From Candidatus Margulisiibacteriota bacterium (GTDB taxonomy: Bacteria > Margulisbacteria > Marinamargulisbacteria > JBFWNS01), in the NCBI GenBank assembly GCA_050250935.1, contig JBFWNS010000007.1, positions 63,569 through 127,568 of the forward strand: DNA of 64,000 nucleotides, given 5' to 3'. Numbering within the stretch: position 1 is the first letter of the stretch; every line of letters begins with the position of its first letter. The notes beneath the pieces are model-generated. The model was given only the letters and a program-made list of their open reading frames with translations, was not told the origin of the DNA and did no database searches. Positions 1 to 10,009 of this stretch are shown piece by piece. The position numbers and the translations under genes were made by a program.

Positions 1-1069
1 CCTCCAAATTCATTCGGGCATCCACGCTGTAGTGGTTTTCGGCCAATTCCAATAGCTCTGGGGGTTCTTCGGTGTCGTATTCGTCTTGAATGTCCCCAAT
101 CAGCTCTTCGATGATGTCTTCTAGGGTGACAACCCCGGCCAAACCCCCATATTCATCCACCACAATGGCGATATGAAATTTGCTTTTTTTCATCTGATAA
201 AACAGCTCTTCGATGTTCTTGGTTTCGGGGATGAAAATGGCGTCTCGCAAAAGATCGTTTAGGGGTTTTTCGGGAGAGCCTAGGGTGGTGAGCAGGTCTT
301 TGGCATAGATCATACCCACAATGTTGTCGACGGTCTCTTCGTAAACAGGGATTCGGGAATGTCCCTTGTCGAGGGCAATGGCGATGGCATCGGCGACTGT
401 TTGGTTGCGTTCGATACAAACTGTATCGCTTCGGGGAGTCATGATTTCGCGAACGATGGTTTCGGAAAATTCAAAGATGCTGTGAATGACTTCTTGTTCT
501 TCTTGTTCAAGCAGGTTGTCTTCTTTGGGCGCTCTTAAGGCGGGTTTAAGGTCGTTTGTGGTTAAAAATCGGTTGGCATTGTCGGCAGAAACCCGAAACA
601 GTTTCGAGAACAGCACCACCGTTTTGGTGAAAAACCAGAGGGGAATGGCCGAAATTTTTAGATAGACCGTTAAAATGGGCGTAACCCACAAAGCCGATCG
701 TTCTGGGTTTCTCAGGGCCAAAGTGCGGGGGAAAATTTCCAATCCCACCATGACAATCAAAAACTGAAAAATCAGAAATAAAAAGACAGCTTTAAACGAA
801 AGGGCAATAAACAATAAAAAAAACCGAAACAGGGCAAATAGGGCGACCAGATAGGAAAAATGTTTGCCCAAAAGCAGACCGGCCAAGAGGCGCTTGGGTT
901 CGGAAAGCAGCTGTTGCAGCCGTTTGGAAAACCGAATGTTTCGGGCGGCCAAGTGTTTTAGTTTATAGCGACTGACGGCTTGAAGCGAGGCTTCTGCAAA
1001 GGTAAATGCGGCGGTTAAGGGTAAAAAAACAACGGCGGCCACGAGGGCCACACTTAAGTCACTGTCCAA
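1..1069 (-). CDS. Hemolysin/CNNM family protein (DUF21-CBS-CBS-CorC_HlyC), 3' end runs off the window
   Basis: Not in the ORF track because it is truncated. Manual translation from TTG at 1069 (AGGAGG upstream): MDSDLSVALVAAVVFLPLTAAFTFAEASL...FEFSETIVREIMTPR...GHSRIPVYEETVDNIVGMIYAKDLL...VDARMNLE, typical CBS/CorC motifs. Confidence 0.92.
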   Translation of the reverse strand, partial: MDSDLSVALVAAVVFLPLTAAFTFAEASLQAVSRYKLKHLAARNIRFSKRLQQLLSEPKRLLAGLLLGKHFSYLVALFALFRFFLLFIALSFKAVFLFLIFQFLIVMVGLEIFPRTLALRNPERSALWVTPILTVYLKISAIPLWFFTKTVVLFSKLFRVSADNANRFLTTNDLKPALRAPKEDNLLEQEEQEVIHSIFEFSETIVREIMTPRSDTVCIERNQTVADAIAIALDKGHSRIPVYEETVDNIVGMIYAKDLLTTLGSPEKPLNDLLRDAIFIPETKNIEELFYQMKKSKFHIAIVVDEYGGLAGVVTLEDIIEELIGDIQDEYDTEEPPELLELAENHYSVDARMNLE

Positions 1070-1454
1070 AGTGTCCTCCTAAATAGATCGACATAACGCT
1101 AGCCAACTTGTGGAAAAAAAGCAAATAGCCAACAACCAGGGCATTGAATACAGCCATCAAAACGGCTCCGGCAGCCACATCTTTGCTGATTTTGGCGCGG
1201 GGTCGCCATTTTTTGGTGACCATGTCCACGGTGCATTCCAGGGCCGTATTGAAGGCTTCTGCAATCAAGACCAAGGCAATGCTGATGCATAATATGCCCC
1301 ATTTTGAGGGACTTAAACCCAACTTTATCCCAAGCCCAATGGCCACCAATCCCATGGCCCCATGAATGCGCATGTTGCGCTGGGATTTGAACACGTAAAC
1401 CAAGCCGGAGGCCGCATCCCAGAGGCTGTGAAACAGGGTGCGATTGGGTTTCAT
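1059..1454 (-). CDS. dgkA: Diacylglycerol/undecaprenol kinase (DgkA family)
   Basis: QRNMRIH, EAFNTALE, AKISKDVAAGAV motifs and hydrophobic helices. ATG at 1454 overlaps the ybeY stop (ATGA). Confidence 0.9.
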   Translation of the reverse strand: MKPNRTLFHSLWDAASGLVYVFKSQRNMRIHGAMGLVAIGLGIKLGLSPSKWGILCISIALVLIAEAFNTALECTVDMVTKKWRPRAKISKDVAAGAVLMAVFNALVVGYLLFFHKLASVMSIYLGGHFGQ

Positions 1455-1861
1455 GGGTGTAGCGCCAGCAAGCGGTCTTGCTCGGCCTCCATGTTGGCCC
1501 GATCTTCGGGGGAATAATCCTCGTAGCCCAGGGTGTGTAAAATCCCGTGAATGATCAACAACTTTAGCTCGCTTTCCAGGCTTTTTTGATAGTGATTGGC
1601 GTTGTCTTGGGCTTGATCCAGACAAATGTAAATGTCGGCAATGGGGTCTTCTTCGTCTTCGGCCAAATTAAAACTGATGATGTCGGTGATGTAGTCCCGG
1701 TTCAGATAGGCTTGGTTGATGCGCATGATTTCGTCTTCATCAACCAGGGTAAAGGTAAAGCTGCCGGCTTGAACCCCTTTTTCGGCCAAGATGGTTTTGG
1801 CAAAGGGCGTGAAATCGGGTAAGGCCGCGTCTGATGTGCCGTTAATCTGGACGTTGAGCAA
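1451..1861 (-). CDS. ybeY: rRNA maturation endoribonuclease YbeY
   Basis: INQAYLNRDYITDIISF and HGILHTLGYED motifs (third metal His appears to be Asp). Start uncertain: TTG 1861 chosen, ORF open to 1897. Confidence 0.92.
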   Translation of the reverse strand: MLNVQINGTSDAALPDFTPFAKTILAEKGVQAGSFTFTLVDEDEIMRINQAYLNRDYITDIISFNLAEDEEDPIADIYICLDQAQDNANHYQKSLESELKLLIIHGILHTLGYEDYSPEDRANMEAEQDRLLALHP

Positions 1862-3386
1862 GGCTTTTGATCTCGTCTTCATAGTCGATACGGGCATGGT
1901 AAATCCCGCGAAACAGGCTTAAGAAGGTTTCCCGAATGGTGTGGATTTCTTTAAGGGTGAGGGGACAATCGTCGAATTGATTGTCGTCGAGTTTGTGTTT
2001 GAAAATTTTGTCGATCATGGCTTCGATTTTGGCAAAGGTTGTTTTTTCCATGGACCGAATGGCGGCTTCAACCGAATCGGCCAGCATCAGAATACCGGCT
2101 TCTTTGAACTGGGGTTTGGGGCCGGGATAACGGAAGGCATCTTTTTCCAATTCGGGAGATTTAATGTGTTCGGTCTGGATGGCTTGGGTAAAGAAAAAGG
2201 ACACCAAGGTGGTGCCGTGGTGTTGGGCAATAAAAGATTTGAGGATGGGCGGCAGTTTATAAATATCGGCCAATTCCAAGCCGTCCCGAACATGGGAGGC
2301 GATAATCAGCTTGCTCATGCGGGGCGAAAGGCCATGATGGGGGTTTTGTCCCACCTGGTTTTCGGTAAAAAAGAGGGGGCGTTTCATTTTGCCAATGTCG
2401 TGAAAATAGGCCCCAACCCGGGCCAAAATGGGGTCTGCACCCACGGCTTCGGCTGCGGCTTCGGCCAGGTTGCCCACCATCAGGCTGTGTTGGTAGGTGC
2501 CCGGTGCTGTTACCATGAGTTTTTTAAGTAGGGGGTGGCTTAAATCGGAAAGCTCCAACAACGAATGGTGGGTGGTAATGCGAAACGCCATTTCCAAATA
2601 GGGCAGGAGCCCCAGAGAAATCATGGCGGACAAAACACCCCCACAAAACCCAAGGCCACAGTTGACGGTATACCAAAATGGGTCTGTAATTTGGTTAAAC
2701 AACCCAAAGACCACCACCAATACGGCCTGGAACAGACCCAAAACATGGCCGGATAAAATTGTTTCGTTGCGGCGATAACGACGGTAGCTGACAAAAGTGC
2801 CCACGCAGCTGGATAAAAACAGGTATAAGAAAACGTCCAAAGAGCCTTTGAACAGTAGGGTTACCAAAACACTGGCGATGGTGCCGCAGAGCAAGGACAC
2901 ATTGGGTGTTACCAAAATCGAGATGGTAATGGATATGACGGCAATGGGCACCACATAGGGCAGATAGAGGGTCTCTGGAACCAAGGGAGCCATTTGCAGG
3001 AATTTGGCGATGATCAGGACCACCACAATCACAAAATAGGTCAAAACAAAGTATTTAATGTTTTTATAAATGCGGGCATAAAAATAATAGACAAAGCGTT
3101 CCAAAAGAAAGCTTAGCAAAATCACAATCAGCAATATACCAATAAATTTGAGGCTATTGGCTTCGGGGGCAGCGGTTAAGGGCAGATGCTGAGCAGCGTT
3201 TCGATGAACCGTTTCGCCCTTATAGAGGAGGGGCGTATGGCCTTTTAGATAGGCTTCGTCGTTGTTGCATACCATGTAGGGCGAGAACACCAGTAAGGCG
3301 ACGAACAGCGTTCCCAGAATCCAGGAAACTGTGAACAAAACCCATTGTATGCGTTTGCTTTTAAGAAATTCGAATCCAGTGAACAT
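1842..3386 (-). CDS. 7TM-HD phosphohydrolase (PgpH-like, putative c-di-AMP phosphodiesterase)
   Basis: Multiple TM helices, then APGTYQHS, YFHDIGK, QHHGT, FRYPGPKP, LADSVEAA. Conserved position upstream of ybeY-dgkA. Confidence 0.88.
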   Translation of the reverse strand: MFTGFEFLKSKRIQWVLFTVSWILGTLFVALLVFSPYMVCNNDEAYLKGHTPLLYKGETVHRNAAQHLPLTAAPEANSLKFIGILLIVILLSFLLERFVYYFYARIYKNIKYFVLTYFVIVVVLIIAKFLQMAPLVPETLYLPYVVPIAVISITISILVTPNVSLLCGTIASVLVTLLFKGSLDVFLYLFLSSCVGTFVSYRRYRRNETILSGHVLGLFQAVLVVVFGLFNQITDPFWYTVNCGLGFCGGVLSAMISLGLLPYLEMAFRITTHHSLLELSDLSHPLLKKLMVTAPGTYQHSLMVGNLAEAAAEAVGADPILARVGAYFHDIGKMKRPLFFTENQVGQNPHHGLSPRMSKLIIASHVRDGLELADIYKLPPILKSFIAQHHGTTLVSFFFTQAIQTEHIKSPELEKDAFRYPGPKPQFKEAGILMLADSVEAAIRSMEKTTFAKIEAMIDKIFKHKLDDNQFDDCPLTLKEIHTIRETFLSLFRGIYHARIDYEDEIKSLAQRPD

Positions 3387-4230
3387 GGTTAAATCGCTTG
3401 AACCAGGTCATTTGCCGTTTGGAAAATTGGCGGGTTCTTGCTTTGATCCAGTCTAGCATCTCTTGATAGCCAATGTCACCGTGAAGGTAGGCAATGGTTT
3501 CTTTGTAGCCGATGGCCTCGAAGGCATTGAGGGTGGGGGGATAGGTTTTAAGCAGGGTTTCCACCTCTTGGACCAGACCTTCGGCCATCATGGCGTCGAT
3601 GCGTTTTTCGATGCGGTCGACCACGATAGGGCGGTCGGCGGTTAAACCAATGAGGCGCACGTCGTCGCGTTGCTGTTGGGTTTTGGGTTGGGCTTGGGAG
3701 ATTTGGGTTCCGGTTAGGGTGAAAAATTCCAGAGCCCGCATGACCCGCTTTAGGTTTTGGGGATGAATCGCGGACGCTGCATCCGGATCGAGTTGTTGAA
3801 GCCGTTCCCAGAGGGCTTGTTCGCCGTTCATGGCCGCTTCGATTTCGAGTTCTTTGCGAATGGCTGGGTCGTGGGTTGGGGTTGGGCTGAGGGTGTATTG
3901 ATTCAAAAAAGCTTGCAAATACAGGCCGGTTCCCCCGCAGATCACAATGGGTTTTCTGGCCTGGCGCAGGGTGCTGATGAGGGCCGCGGTTTTTTCTAAA
4001 AAATGGGCCACAGAATAGGGCTCGGTGGGTTCCAGTTCGTCGATGAGGTGGTGGGGAACGGCTTGGCGCTGGGCCAGGCTGGGTTTGGCGGTGCCAATGT
4101 CCAGGTGTCGGTAAATTTGAAATGCATCGGCCGAGAGGATGTGGGCCCCTGTTTCCAAGGCCAGTTGGACGGCGTAATCGGATTTGCCAATGGCCGTGGG
4201 GCCGATGACCACCGTAATGTCGGGTGTCAT
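3361..4230 (-). CDS. miaA: tRNA dimethylallyltransferase
   Basis: GPTAIGKS, DIGTAKP, GGTGLY, AIGYKE, KRQMTWF. ATG at 4230 overlaps the tyrA stop. Confidence 0.96.
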   Translation of the reverse strand: MTPDITVVIGPTAIGKSDYAVQLALETGAHILSADAFQIYRHLDIGTAKPSLAQRQAVPHHLIDELEPTEPYSVAHFLEKTAALISTLRQARKPIVICGGTGLYLQAFLNQYTLSPTPTHDPAIRKELEIEAAMNGEQALWERLQQLDPDAASAIHPQNLKRVMRALEFFTLTGTQISQAQPKTQQQRDDVRLIGLTADRPIVVDRIEKRIDAMMAEGLVQEVETLLKTYPPTLNAFEAIGYKETIAYLHGDIGYQEMLDWIKARTRQFSKRQMTWFKRFNHVHWIRIS

Positions 4231-5084
4231 TGGGGGGGAATCAGTGTGTTGCGTTGGGTTTGGGTGGTGAAGAGTTGGTCCAAAAGGCTGGCGTGATGGC
4301 CGGTTTTTAAAGTGGCTTGGAGATTTGAAAGTTGGGTGATGGCCGCTTCTATGCCTTGGAGTACGGTGTTTTTGTTGCCTTCCAGAACCTCGCATCCCCA
4401 GTGGGGAGAAGACCCTGACACACGGGTGGTGTCCCGAAAGCCTGGTCCCAAAAGGGTGGCCAAGGTGGCCTGGTCTTTGTCCGACAATAACGCTGTGATG
4501 CCAGCCGTTACCGAGGCCAGCACATAGGGCAAATGGGAAGCATAGGCCAAAAGCCTGTCGTGGGTGGGGGCATCCAGTTCGACTGTTTTTGGGGTCAGGG
4601 TTTGGATCAAGGTTTTAAAGGCTGTGTAGCGAGGATCGGGGGTGGTGGGGGGAATCAGGATATAAGGGGCGTTGTCAAAAAGGGAGGCATCGGCAGCGGC
4701 AAAACCGGTTTCGGCCTTGCCAGCCATGGGGTGACCGCTGATAAACAGATGGGGCGATACCTCGGAAATCCCTGCCAAAACTGGGGCTTTAACGCTGGCC
4801 ACATCGGTTAAAAGGGTTGGGGTTTTCAGCTGGGTTGCGAGGGTGTTTAAGGTGGCTGCGACCTGGGAAATCGGTGTGCAGACAAAAACAAGGTCCACAC
4901 CATCAGGGATATCGTGTAAACCCGTACCGGCTCGGGTTAACAAGGGCTTGGCCAGAACCAAGGTGTCGGGGTTCGGGTCAATCCCAATCAGATTCAAAGC
5001 CGGGTGTTTGGCCTTGAAGGCTTTGGCCAGGGATCCGCCAATCAATCCCAATCCCACAATGGCGATGGTGTTTAAGCGGGTCAT
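4227..5084 (-). CDS. tyrA: Prephenate/arogenate dehydrogenase
   Basis: GLGLIGGS Rossmann motif, DVASVK, GHPMAG, HD..LA..SHLP, GFRDTTRV. Confidence 0.93.
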   Translation of the reverse strand: MTRLNTIAIVGLGLIGGSLAKAFKAKHPALNLIGIDPNPDTLVLAKPLLTRAGTGLHDIPDGVDLVFVCTPISQVAATLNTLATQLKTPTLLTDVASVKAPVLAGISEVSPHLFISGHPMAGKAETGFAAADASLFDNAPYILIPPTTPDPRYTAFKTLIQTLTPKTVELDAPTHDRLLAYASHLPYVLASVTAGITALLSDKDQATLATLLGPGFRDTTRVSGSSPHWGCEVLEGNKNTVLQGIEAAITQLSNLQATLKTGHHASLLDQLFTTQTQRNTLIPPQ

Positions 5085-5458
5085 TGGGCTTGGTCGGGTT
5101 TGGCGTGGTCGGGTCTAAGGGCCGCTGCGCCTTTCAGATAGACGTGCACCAGATCGCGTTGGGATTTTTCGGTGTTTAAGTGAATCAGAACCCGAATGCA
5201 TTGGGCCAAACTGCCGGGGACGGAAATTTCTGTCATACAAATTAAAGGAACATGAACAAAGCCCAATTCCCGACCCGCCACGGCTGGAAATTCGGCGTTA
5301 AGGTCTTGGGTAGCCGTAAAAAAAATCGAAGCAATGGCTTCCGAATCGATGTCGTTTTCTTGAACCAAGGTTTCCAAGAGCAATTTGGTTTCGGCGACAA
5401 TGGCCGTTTTTGTGTTTTCAGCGACCGTAATCGCGCCGCGAATGCCCCGACAAATCAT
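5081..5458 (-). CDS. aroH: Chorismate mutase, AroH class
   Basis: MICRGIRGAIT, FTATQDL..EFPA..GR, HVYLKGA..LRPD. Confidence 0.94.
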   Translation of the reverse strand: MICRGIRGAITVAENTKTAIVAETKLLLETLVQENDIDSEAIASIFFTATQDLNAEFPAVAGRELGFVHVPLICMTEISVPGSLAQCIRVLIHLNTEKSQRDLVHVYLKGAAALRPDHAKPDQAQ

Positions 5459-5990
5459 GGGTAAGCTCCTTTGTGAGTGCGGTGATGACCTCGGATTTTG
5501 GGGTGAGGTTTCCTGTGACTTGGTAAAACGAAATGGCCGAAACATCCAAGGGCTTTGGGAACTCGGCTTGATTCAGATTCAAACCGATGCCGATGATACT
5601 GTATTTTGGTCCTTTTGCCGAGGCATTGACCACGGTTTCAACCAAAATGCCACCCACTTTTCGCCCGTCTAGAATCAGATCGTTGGGCCATTCGATCTCG
5701 GGGCTGGGGAGTCCCAATTTCTGGAGGGCCGCTACGATGGTGTGGGCAATTTGAACCGTAAAATCCGAAGGTAAGGGGTCTTGGCTGGGATTGGGAGCGG
5801 CCAGGGTATAGTAGAGGCCACCGTCGTCGGCGGAATACCAGATCCGTTCGAATTGACCTCGCCCTTGGGTTTGAACATCGGCACTTAATTGGAGCCAGGT
5901 GTTGTTGGGCAAGGTGGGCAAACGGCGTTTGGCTTCAAGGTTTGTGGAATCGAGGGTGGCGAAATGTTCAGTTTGCAGTGAGATCGTCAT
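5418..5990 (-). CDS. birA: Biotin-protein ligase without HTH (class I)
   Basis: LDSTN, QTQGRGQFERIWYS, WPNDL...RKVGGILVE, IGIGLN. Confidence 0.9.
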   Translation of the reverse strand: MTISLQTEHFATLDSTNLEAKRRLPTLPNNTWLQLSADVQTQGRGQFERIWYSADDGGLYYTLAAPNPSQDPLPSDFTVQIAHTIVAALQKLGLPSPEIEWPNDLILDGRKVGGILVETVVNASAKGPKYSIIGIGLNLNQAEFPKPLDVSAISFYQVTGNLTPKSEVITALTKELTHDLSGHSRRDYGR

Positions 5991-6949
5991 GAATACAGCC
6001 AACATGCAACACCGTGACCTGTGGAATCTACCTGCCACTGGGGCACTTGGGTGCTGCAGTGGGGCATGGCCTTGGGGCATCGGGTGTGAAAACGACAGCC
6101 CGAGGGCAAATTCATGGGGCTGGGGATGTCGCCTTTGAGCAACTCGGGTTTGTGTTTGTGGTCGGGGTCGGGATTGGGAATGGCCCCAATCAGGGCTTGG
6201 GTATAGGGGTGTTGAGGGTGTTTAAAAATGTGGGCCGGGGTTCCGCTTTCAATAATTTTGCCCAAATACATCACTAAAATAAAATCACAATATTGGGCCA
6301 CAACCCCCATGTCGTGCGAGATTAATAACACCGACATGTCGGATTTTAAGTGGTCGAGTAAGGCTAAAACTTGGGCTTGAATGGTCACATCCAGCGAGGC
6401 CGTGGGTTCGTCGGCTATCAACAATTTGGGTTGCATGGCCAAGGTTAAGGCAATCATGATGCGTTGGCACATGCCCAAGGAAAATTGGTGGGGATAGTCG
6501 TTTAAACGCACGTCTGGGTCTGGAATGTTGACTTGTTTGAGCAGGTCAATGGCAATGGCTTTGGCCTCGGTTTTTGTGGCTTTTCGGTGAAGCTGAATGG
6601 TTTCGATCATTTGAGAGCCGATTGAAAAAACAGGGTTCAGAGCAGCCAGTGGATTTTGAAAAATAAGACCAATGTCCCGACCCCGAACCGCATGCCAGTC
6701 TTTGGCCGATTGTTGGCGCAGGTCTTGGCCTTGCCACCGAATTTCTCCGCCCACCGTTTTGCCATTGGCGGCCAAAAGACCCATCACCGACAAGGCGGTT
6801 ACACTTTTGCCCGATCCCGATTCGCCGACGATACCCACCATGGTTTTTTCGGGCACCACAAACGAGACATCGTCCACAGCCGTTACGGTATGGCCTTTGA
6901 CGGTGAACACTGTGTTGAGGTTTTTGACTTCTAGTAGTGGGGGATTCAT
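5987..6949 (-). CDS. Peptide/nickel ABC transporter ATP-binding subunit (OppD/DppD family)
   Basis: GESGSGKS, YPHQFSLGMCQR, ADEPT, ISHD, HPYT, C-terminal GCRFHTRC..C..VAC. Confidence 0.93.
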   Translation of the reverse strand: MNPPLLEVKNLNTVFTVKGHTVTAVDDVSFVVPEKTMVGIVGESGSGKSVTALSVMGLLAANGKTVGGEIRWQGQDLRQQSAKDWHAVRGRDIGLIFQNPLAALNPVFSIGSQMIETIQLHRKATKTEAKAIAIDLLKQVNIPDPDVRLNDYPHQFSLGMCQRIMIALTLAMQPKLLIADEPTASLDVTIQAQVLALLDHLKSDMSVLLISHDMGVVAQYCDFILVMYLGKIIESGTPAHIFKHPQHPYTQALIGAIPNPDPDHKHKPELLKGDIPSPMNLPSGCRFHTRCPKAMPHCSTQVPQWQVDSTGHGVACWLYS

Positions 6950-7018
6950 TGGGTGGGTATGATAGCGCAGGCCCAAAAATATGGCGACCTTTACTGTGAT
7001 GCGATAGACTGAAGGGTC

Positions 7019-7663
7019 ATGAACGTTAAGCTGATCATCTTCGATTTGGATGGCACCCTCATTAACACCCTGCCCGATATCCATGGGTCTTTGAATCGGA
7101 CCTTGCAGGCGTTTGACTATCCCGAACAGAGCTTGGACCAAACCAAAGCCCATGTGGGTGATGGCATCGAGTCTTTGCTGTTGCGCTCGGCTGGCGACCC
7201 CAATGCCGATGTGGCCCAATTGCGCACCTGGTTTCGCCAGGACTATCGCCAGCATTTGGTGAATACGTCTGCGCCTTATCCGGGGGTAGAGGCGACTTTA
7301 ACGGCGCTTCAAACCCGGTCGGACCTTCTGATGGCCGTTCTGACCAACAAAATGACAGAGCCTTCTAAAGCTATTTTGGAACGTTTGGGCTTGTCCCATT
7401 TTTTTACCCACATTTTGGGCCCGGATGCTTATGGGGCTCATAAACCAGACCCCGATGGCATCGAATGGTTGATGGAACACCACCAAATCGCCCCCGAACA
7501 CACCGTGATGGTGGGGGATGGGGAAGCCGATCTGATGGCTGCCAAGTCTGCCAAGGTTCGGGCAATTGCCGTTAGCTATGGCTATCGGGATGCCGACAGC
7601 CTGTTGCGCTATGCCCCCATTGCGGTGATTGATCGGTTTGAGGCGATTTTAGACGTTATCTGA
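7019..7663 (+). CDS. gph: HAD hydrolase, phosphoglycolate phosphatase-like
   Basis: FDLDGTL, LTNK, KPDP, MVGD...D motifs. Confidence 0.85.
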   Translation: MNVKLIIFDLDGTLINTLPDIHGSLNRTLQAFDYPEQSLDQTKAHVGDGIESLLLRSAGDPNADVAQLRTWFRQDYRQHLVNTSAPYPGVEATLTALQTRSDLLMAVLTNKMTEPSKAILERLGLSHFFTHILGPDAYGAHKPDPDGIEWLMEHHQIAPEHTVMVGDGEADLMAAKSAKVRAIAVSYGYRDADSLLRYAPIAVIDRFEAILDVI

Positions 7664-7720
7664 AGTGACTGCGGCATAGCCGTTCACAACCCTTCTGCAA
7701 CCCGCTACAATGGGGCCACT

Positions 7721-8353
7721 ATGTTGGGTACACACCTGTTGGATATGTTTCTTCACCTCGATCAAACCCTAAGTGTGGTGATTGCCGATTTTGGGTTTTT
7801 AACCCACTTGATTTTATTTGCCATTATTTTTTGCGAAACCGGATTGGTGATAGCGCCTTTTTTGCCTGGGGATTCGTTGTTATTTGCAGCCGGTGCTTTT
7901 TCTGCAACGGGGTCTTTGAATGGGATCTTGTTGTTTTTCTTGCTCAGTTTGGCCAGTGTGTTGGGCGATAATCTGAACTATTGGATTGGCCGTTTTTTGG
8001 GCAATGCGGTTGCCCAAAGCCAAAGCCGGTTGATCAATAAAAAACATATCGAAAAAACCCATGCTTTTTTTGAAGAGCATGGCGACAAAGTGGTTATTTT
8101 TGCCCGATTTTTACCCATAGTTAGAACCTTTGCCCCTTTTGTGGCCGGCATTGGTCGGATGCAGTATCGCACTTTTTTTGCTTATAGCTGTGTGGGAGGT
8201 GTTTTGTGGGTTGGGGTTTGTTTGGCAGCAGGCTATTTTTTTGGGAATTTGTTGATTGTTAAAAATAATTTTGGATTGGTCATTTTGGCGATTATCTTGA
8301 TTTCGTTGTTGCCAGCCATTCTTAAAGTGTTTTTTGGCAAAAAATCGGTATGA
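7721..8353 (+). CDS. dedA: DedA family membrane protein
   Basis: FCETGL..APFLPGDSLLFAAG, GDNLNYWIG, ARFLPIVRTFAPFVAG. Confidence 0.95.
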   Translation: MLGTHLLDMFLHLDQTLSVVIADFGFLTHLILFAIIFCETGLVIAPFLPGDSLLFAAGAFSATGSLNGILLFFLLSLASVLGDNLNYWIGRFLGNAVAQSQSRLINKKHIEKTHAFFEEHGDKVVIFARFLPIVRTFAPFVAGIGRMQYRTFFAYSCVGGVLWVGVCLAAGYFFGNLLIVKNNFGLVILAIILISLLPAILKVFFGKKSV

Positions 8354-8354
8354 C

Positions 8355-9353
8355 ATGCGCATCGAAGCTTTTTTGCCTCAGCTCCATGCTGCTGTTCTGG
8401 ACCGCGCCAAGGGCTATTTAAACCCCACAAAACAGGCCGAGTTTGCGGTGGTTTTACAGGCCCGGGAAGCCCGTTTTGAAAACCCCAATACCCGCAGGTT
8501 TTTAGAGGCTTTTTTGAAACTGCCTGAAGCGTCTTCTTCGGTGATGGATTGGGATAGCCCAGCTGTTCTGATGGGTCAATCTGAGGATGTTAGTGCCAAA
8601 ACCAAGGCCCAACTCCACGAGGCTCTGATGGGTCTTAAGCCCTGGCGAAAGGGACCTTTTTCGGTTTTTGGTGTCGAGATTGAGGCGGAATGGGATTCCG
8701 ATTTGAAGTGGCAGCGGTTGTTGCCCCATTTGCCGCCGTTAACCAACAAAACCATTTTGGATGTGGGCTCGAACAATGGCTATTACCAATTTCGCATGTT
8801 GGCACATAATCCCCGTTGGGTTTTGGGGATCGATCCCATGGATCTGTATCCGTTTCAGTTTCAGGCCCTTCAACGTTATGCCCAGCAAGATACCTTGGGG
8901 TTTGCTGGTGTGGGCATCGAGGCCATGGGGGCTTGGGAGGGGGTGTTTGAGGTGGTGTTTTGTATGGGGGTTTTGTATCACCAACGCTCGCCCTTGCACC
9001 TGTTGGAACGCCTCTTTCGCCTGACACGGCCAGGTGGTACAGTGATTCTGGAAACCTTGATTATCGAAGACCCTCGTCCCATTGCCCTGTATCCCCAAAA
9101 TGGGCGCTATGCCAAAATGAGCAATGTTCATTTTTTGCCCAGCCTGTCTTGTTTACAGCATTGGTTGGCGGTGGCTGGGTTTGTGTCTTCCCAGGTTGCC
9201 TTTGTTGCAACCACCACGGTCCAAGAGCAACGGGCAACGCCCTGGAGTACCCCAGTTTCTCTGGCCGATTTTCTGGATCCCCAAGATCCAAACAAAACGG
9301 TCGAAGGGCTGCCGGCCCCGATTCGAGCCGCTATTGTGGTTCAAAAACCCTAA
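8355..9353 (+). CDS. cmoB: tRNA U34 carboxymethyltransferase
   Basis: LKPWRKGPF, EWDSDLKW, LDVGSNNGYY, MGVLYHQRSP, RYAKMSNV.FLPS, TVEGLPAP.R. Confidence 0.94.
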   Translation: MRIEAFLPQLHAAVLDRAKGYLNPTKQAEFAVVLQAREARFENPNTRRFLEAFLKLPEASSSVMDWDSPAVLMGQSEDVSAKTKAQLHEALMGLKPWRKGPFSVFGVEIEAEWDSDLKWQRLLPHLPPLTNKTILDVGSNNGYYQFRMLAHNPRWVLGIDPMDLYPFQFQALQRYAQQDTLGFAGVGIEAMGAWEGVFEVVFCMGVLYHQRSPLHLLERLFRLTRPGGTVILETLIIEDPRPIALYPQNGRYAKMSNVHFLPSLSCLQHWLAVAGFVSSQVAFVATTTVQEQRATPWSTPVSLADFLDPQDPNKTVEGLPAPIRAAIVVQKP

Positions 9354-9370
9354 ATTTTAAGGAGAGTCTT

Positions 9371-10009
9371 ATGTCGTTTTCAGATCTTCAGTCCCGTTTA
9401 AAGTGGCGGTATGCCACCAAGCAATTCGATGCCACCCGCAAGATTTCGGATTCTGATTTCTTGGCGCTGTTGGAATCGTTACGCATGGCCCCGTCGTCGT
9501 TTGGTCTTCAACCCTGGAAATTTGTGGTGGTGGAAAACCCCCAATTCAGGGCCGAGATCCAAGCTTGCGCCTGGAATCAAGCCCAGGTTACAGAGGCTTC
9601 TCACTTGATTGTGCTTTGCGTGTTGAAAGAAATGACCGAAGCCCACGTCAGCCACTATGTCGACACCATCGAAAAAACCCGGGGAATGGTCCCAGGCTCT
9701 TCGGCTGCCTATAAGGACAGAATGATCGGTTTTATGAAGGCCAAAGATCAATCCGAAATGAGCCAATGGATGAAGCGTCAGCTTTATATTGCCTTTGGGT
9801 TTTTGATGTTGGCCGCTGCTGAACAAGGCCTGGATACCTGCCCCATCGAAGGGTTCGATCCCAAAGCCTGCGATCGTATTTTGGATCTTGAAAGTCAGGG
9901 GCTGGAATCCGTGGCCCTGTGTCCGGTTGGCTATCGCCTGCCCACCGACAAATATGCCACTGCGGCAAAAGTCCGCTTCCCGATGGATGAGGTCGTGGTT
10001 TGGGTTTAG
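9371..10009 (+). CDS. NAD(P)H nitroreductase (NfsB-like)
   Basis: WRYATKQFD, APSSFGLQPWKF, DTCPIEGFD, K.R near the C-terminus. AAGGAG RBS before ATG 9371. Confidence 0.92.
   Translation: MSFSDLQSRLKWRYATKQFDATRKISDSDFLALLESLRMAPSSFGLQPWKFVVVENPQFRAEIQACAWNQAQVTEASHLIVLCVLKEMTEAHVSHYVDTIEKTRGMVPGSSAAYKDRMIGFMKAKDQSEMSQWMKRQLYIAFGFLMLAAAEQGLDTCPIEGFDPKACDRILDLESQGLESVALCPVGYRLPTDKYATAAKVRFPMDEVVVWV

Noticed and set aside
8960..9370. N-terminal extension of the nitroreductase in the ORF track
   Set aside because: Overlaps cmoB in another frame; RBS and family start point to 9371. Similar over-extensions were trimmed for dgkA, miaA, aroH, birA, the OppD-like gene and clpB.
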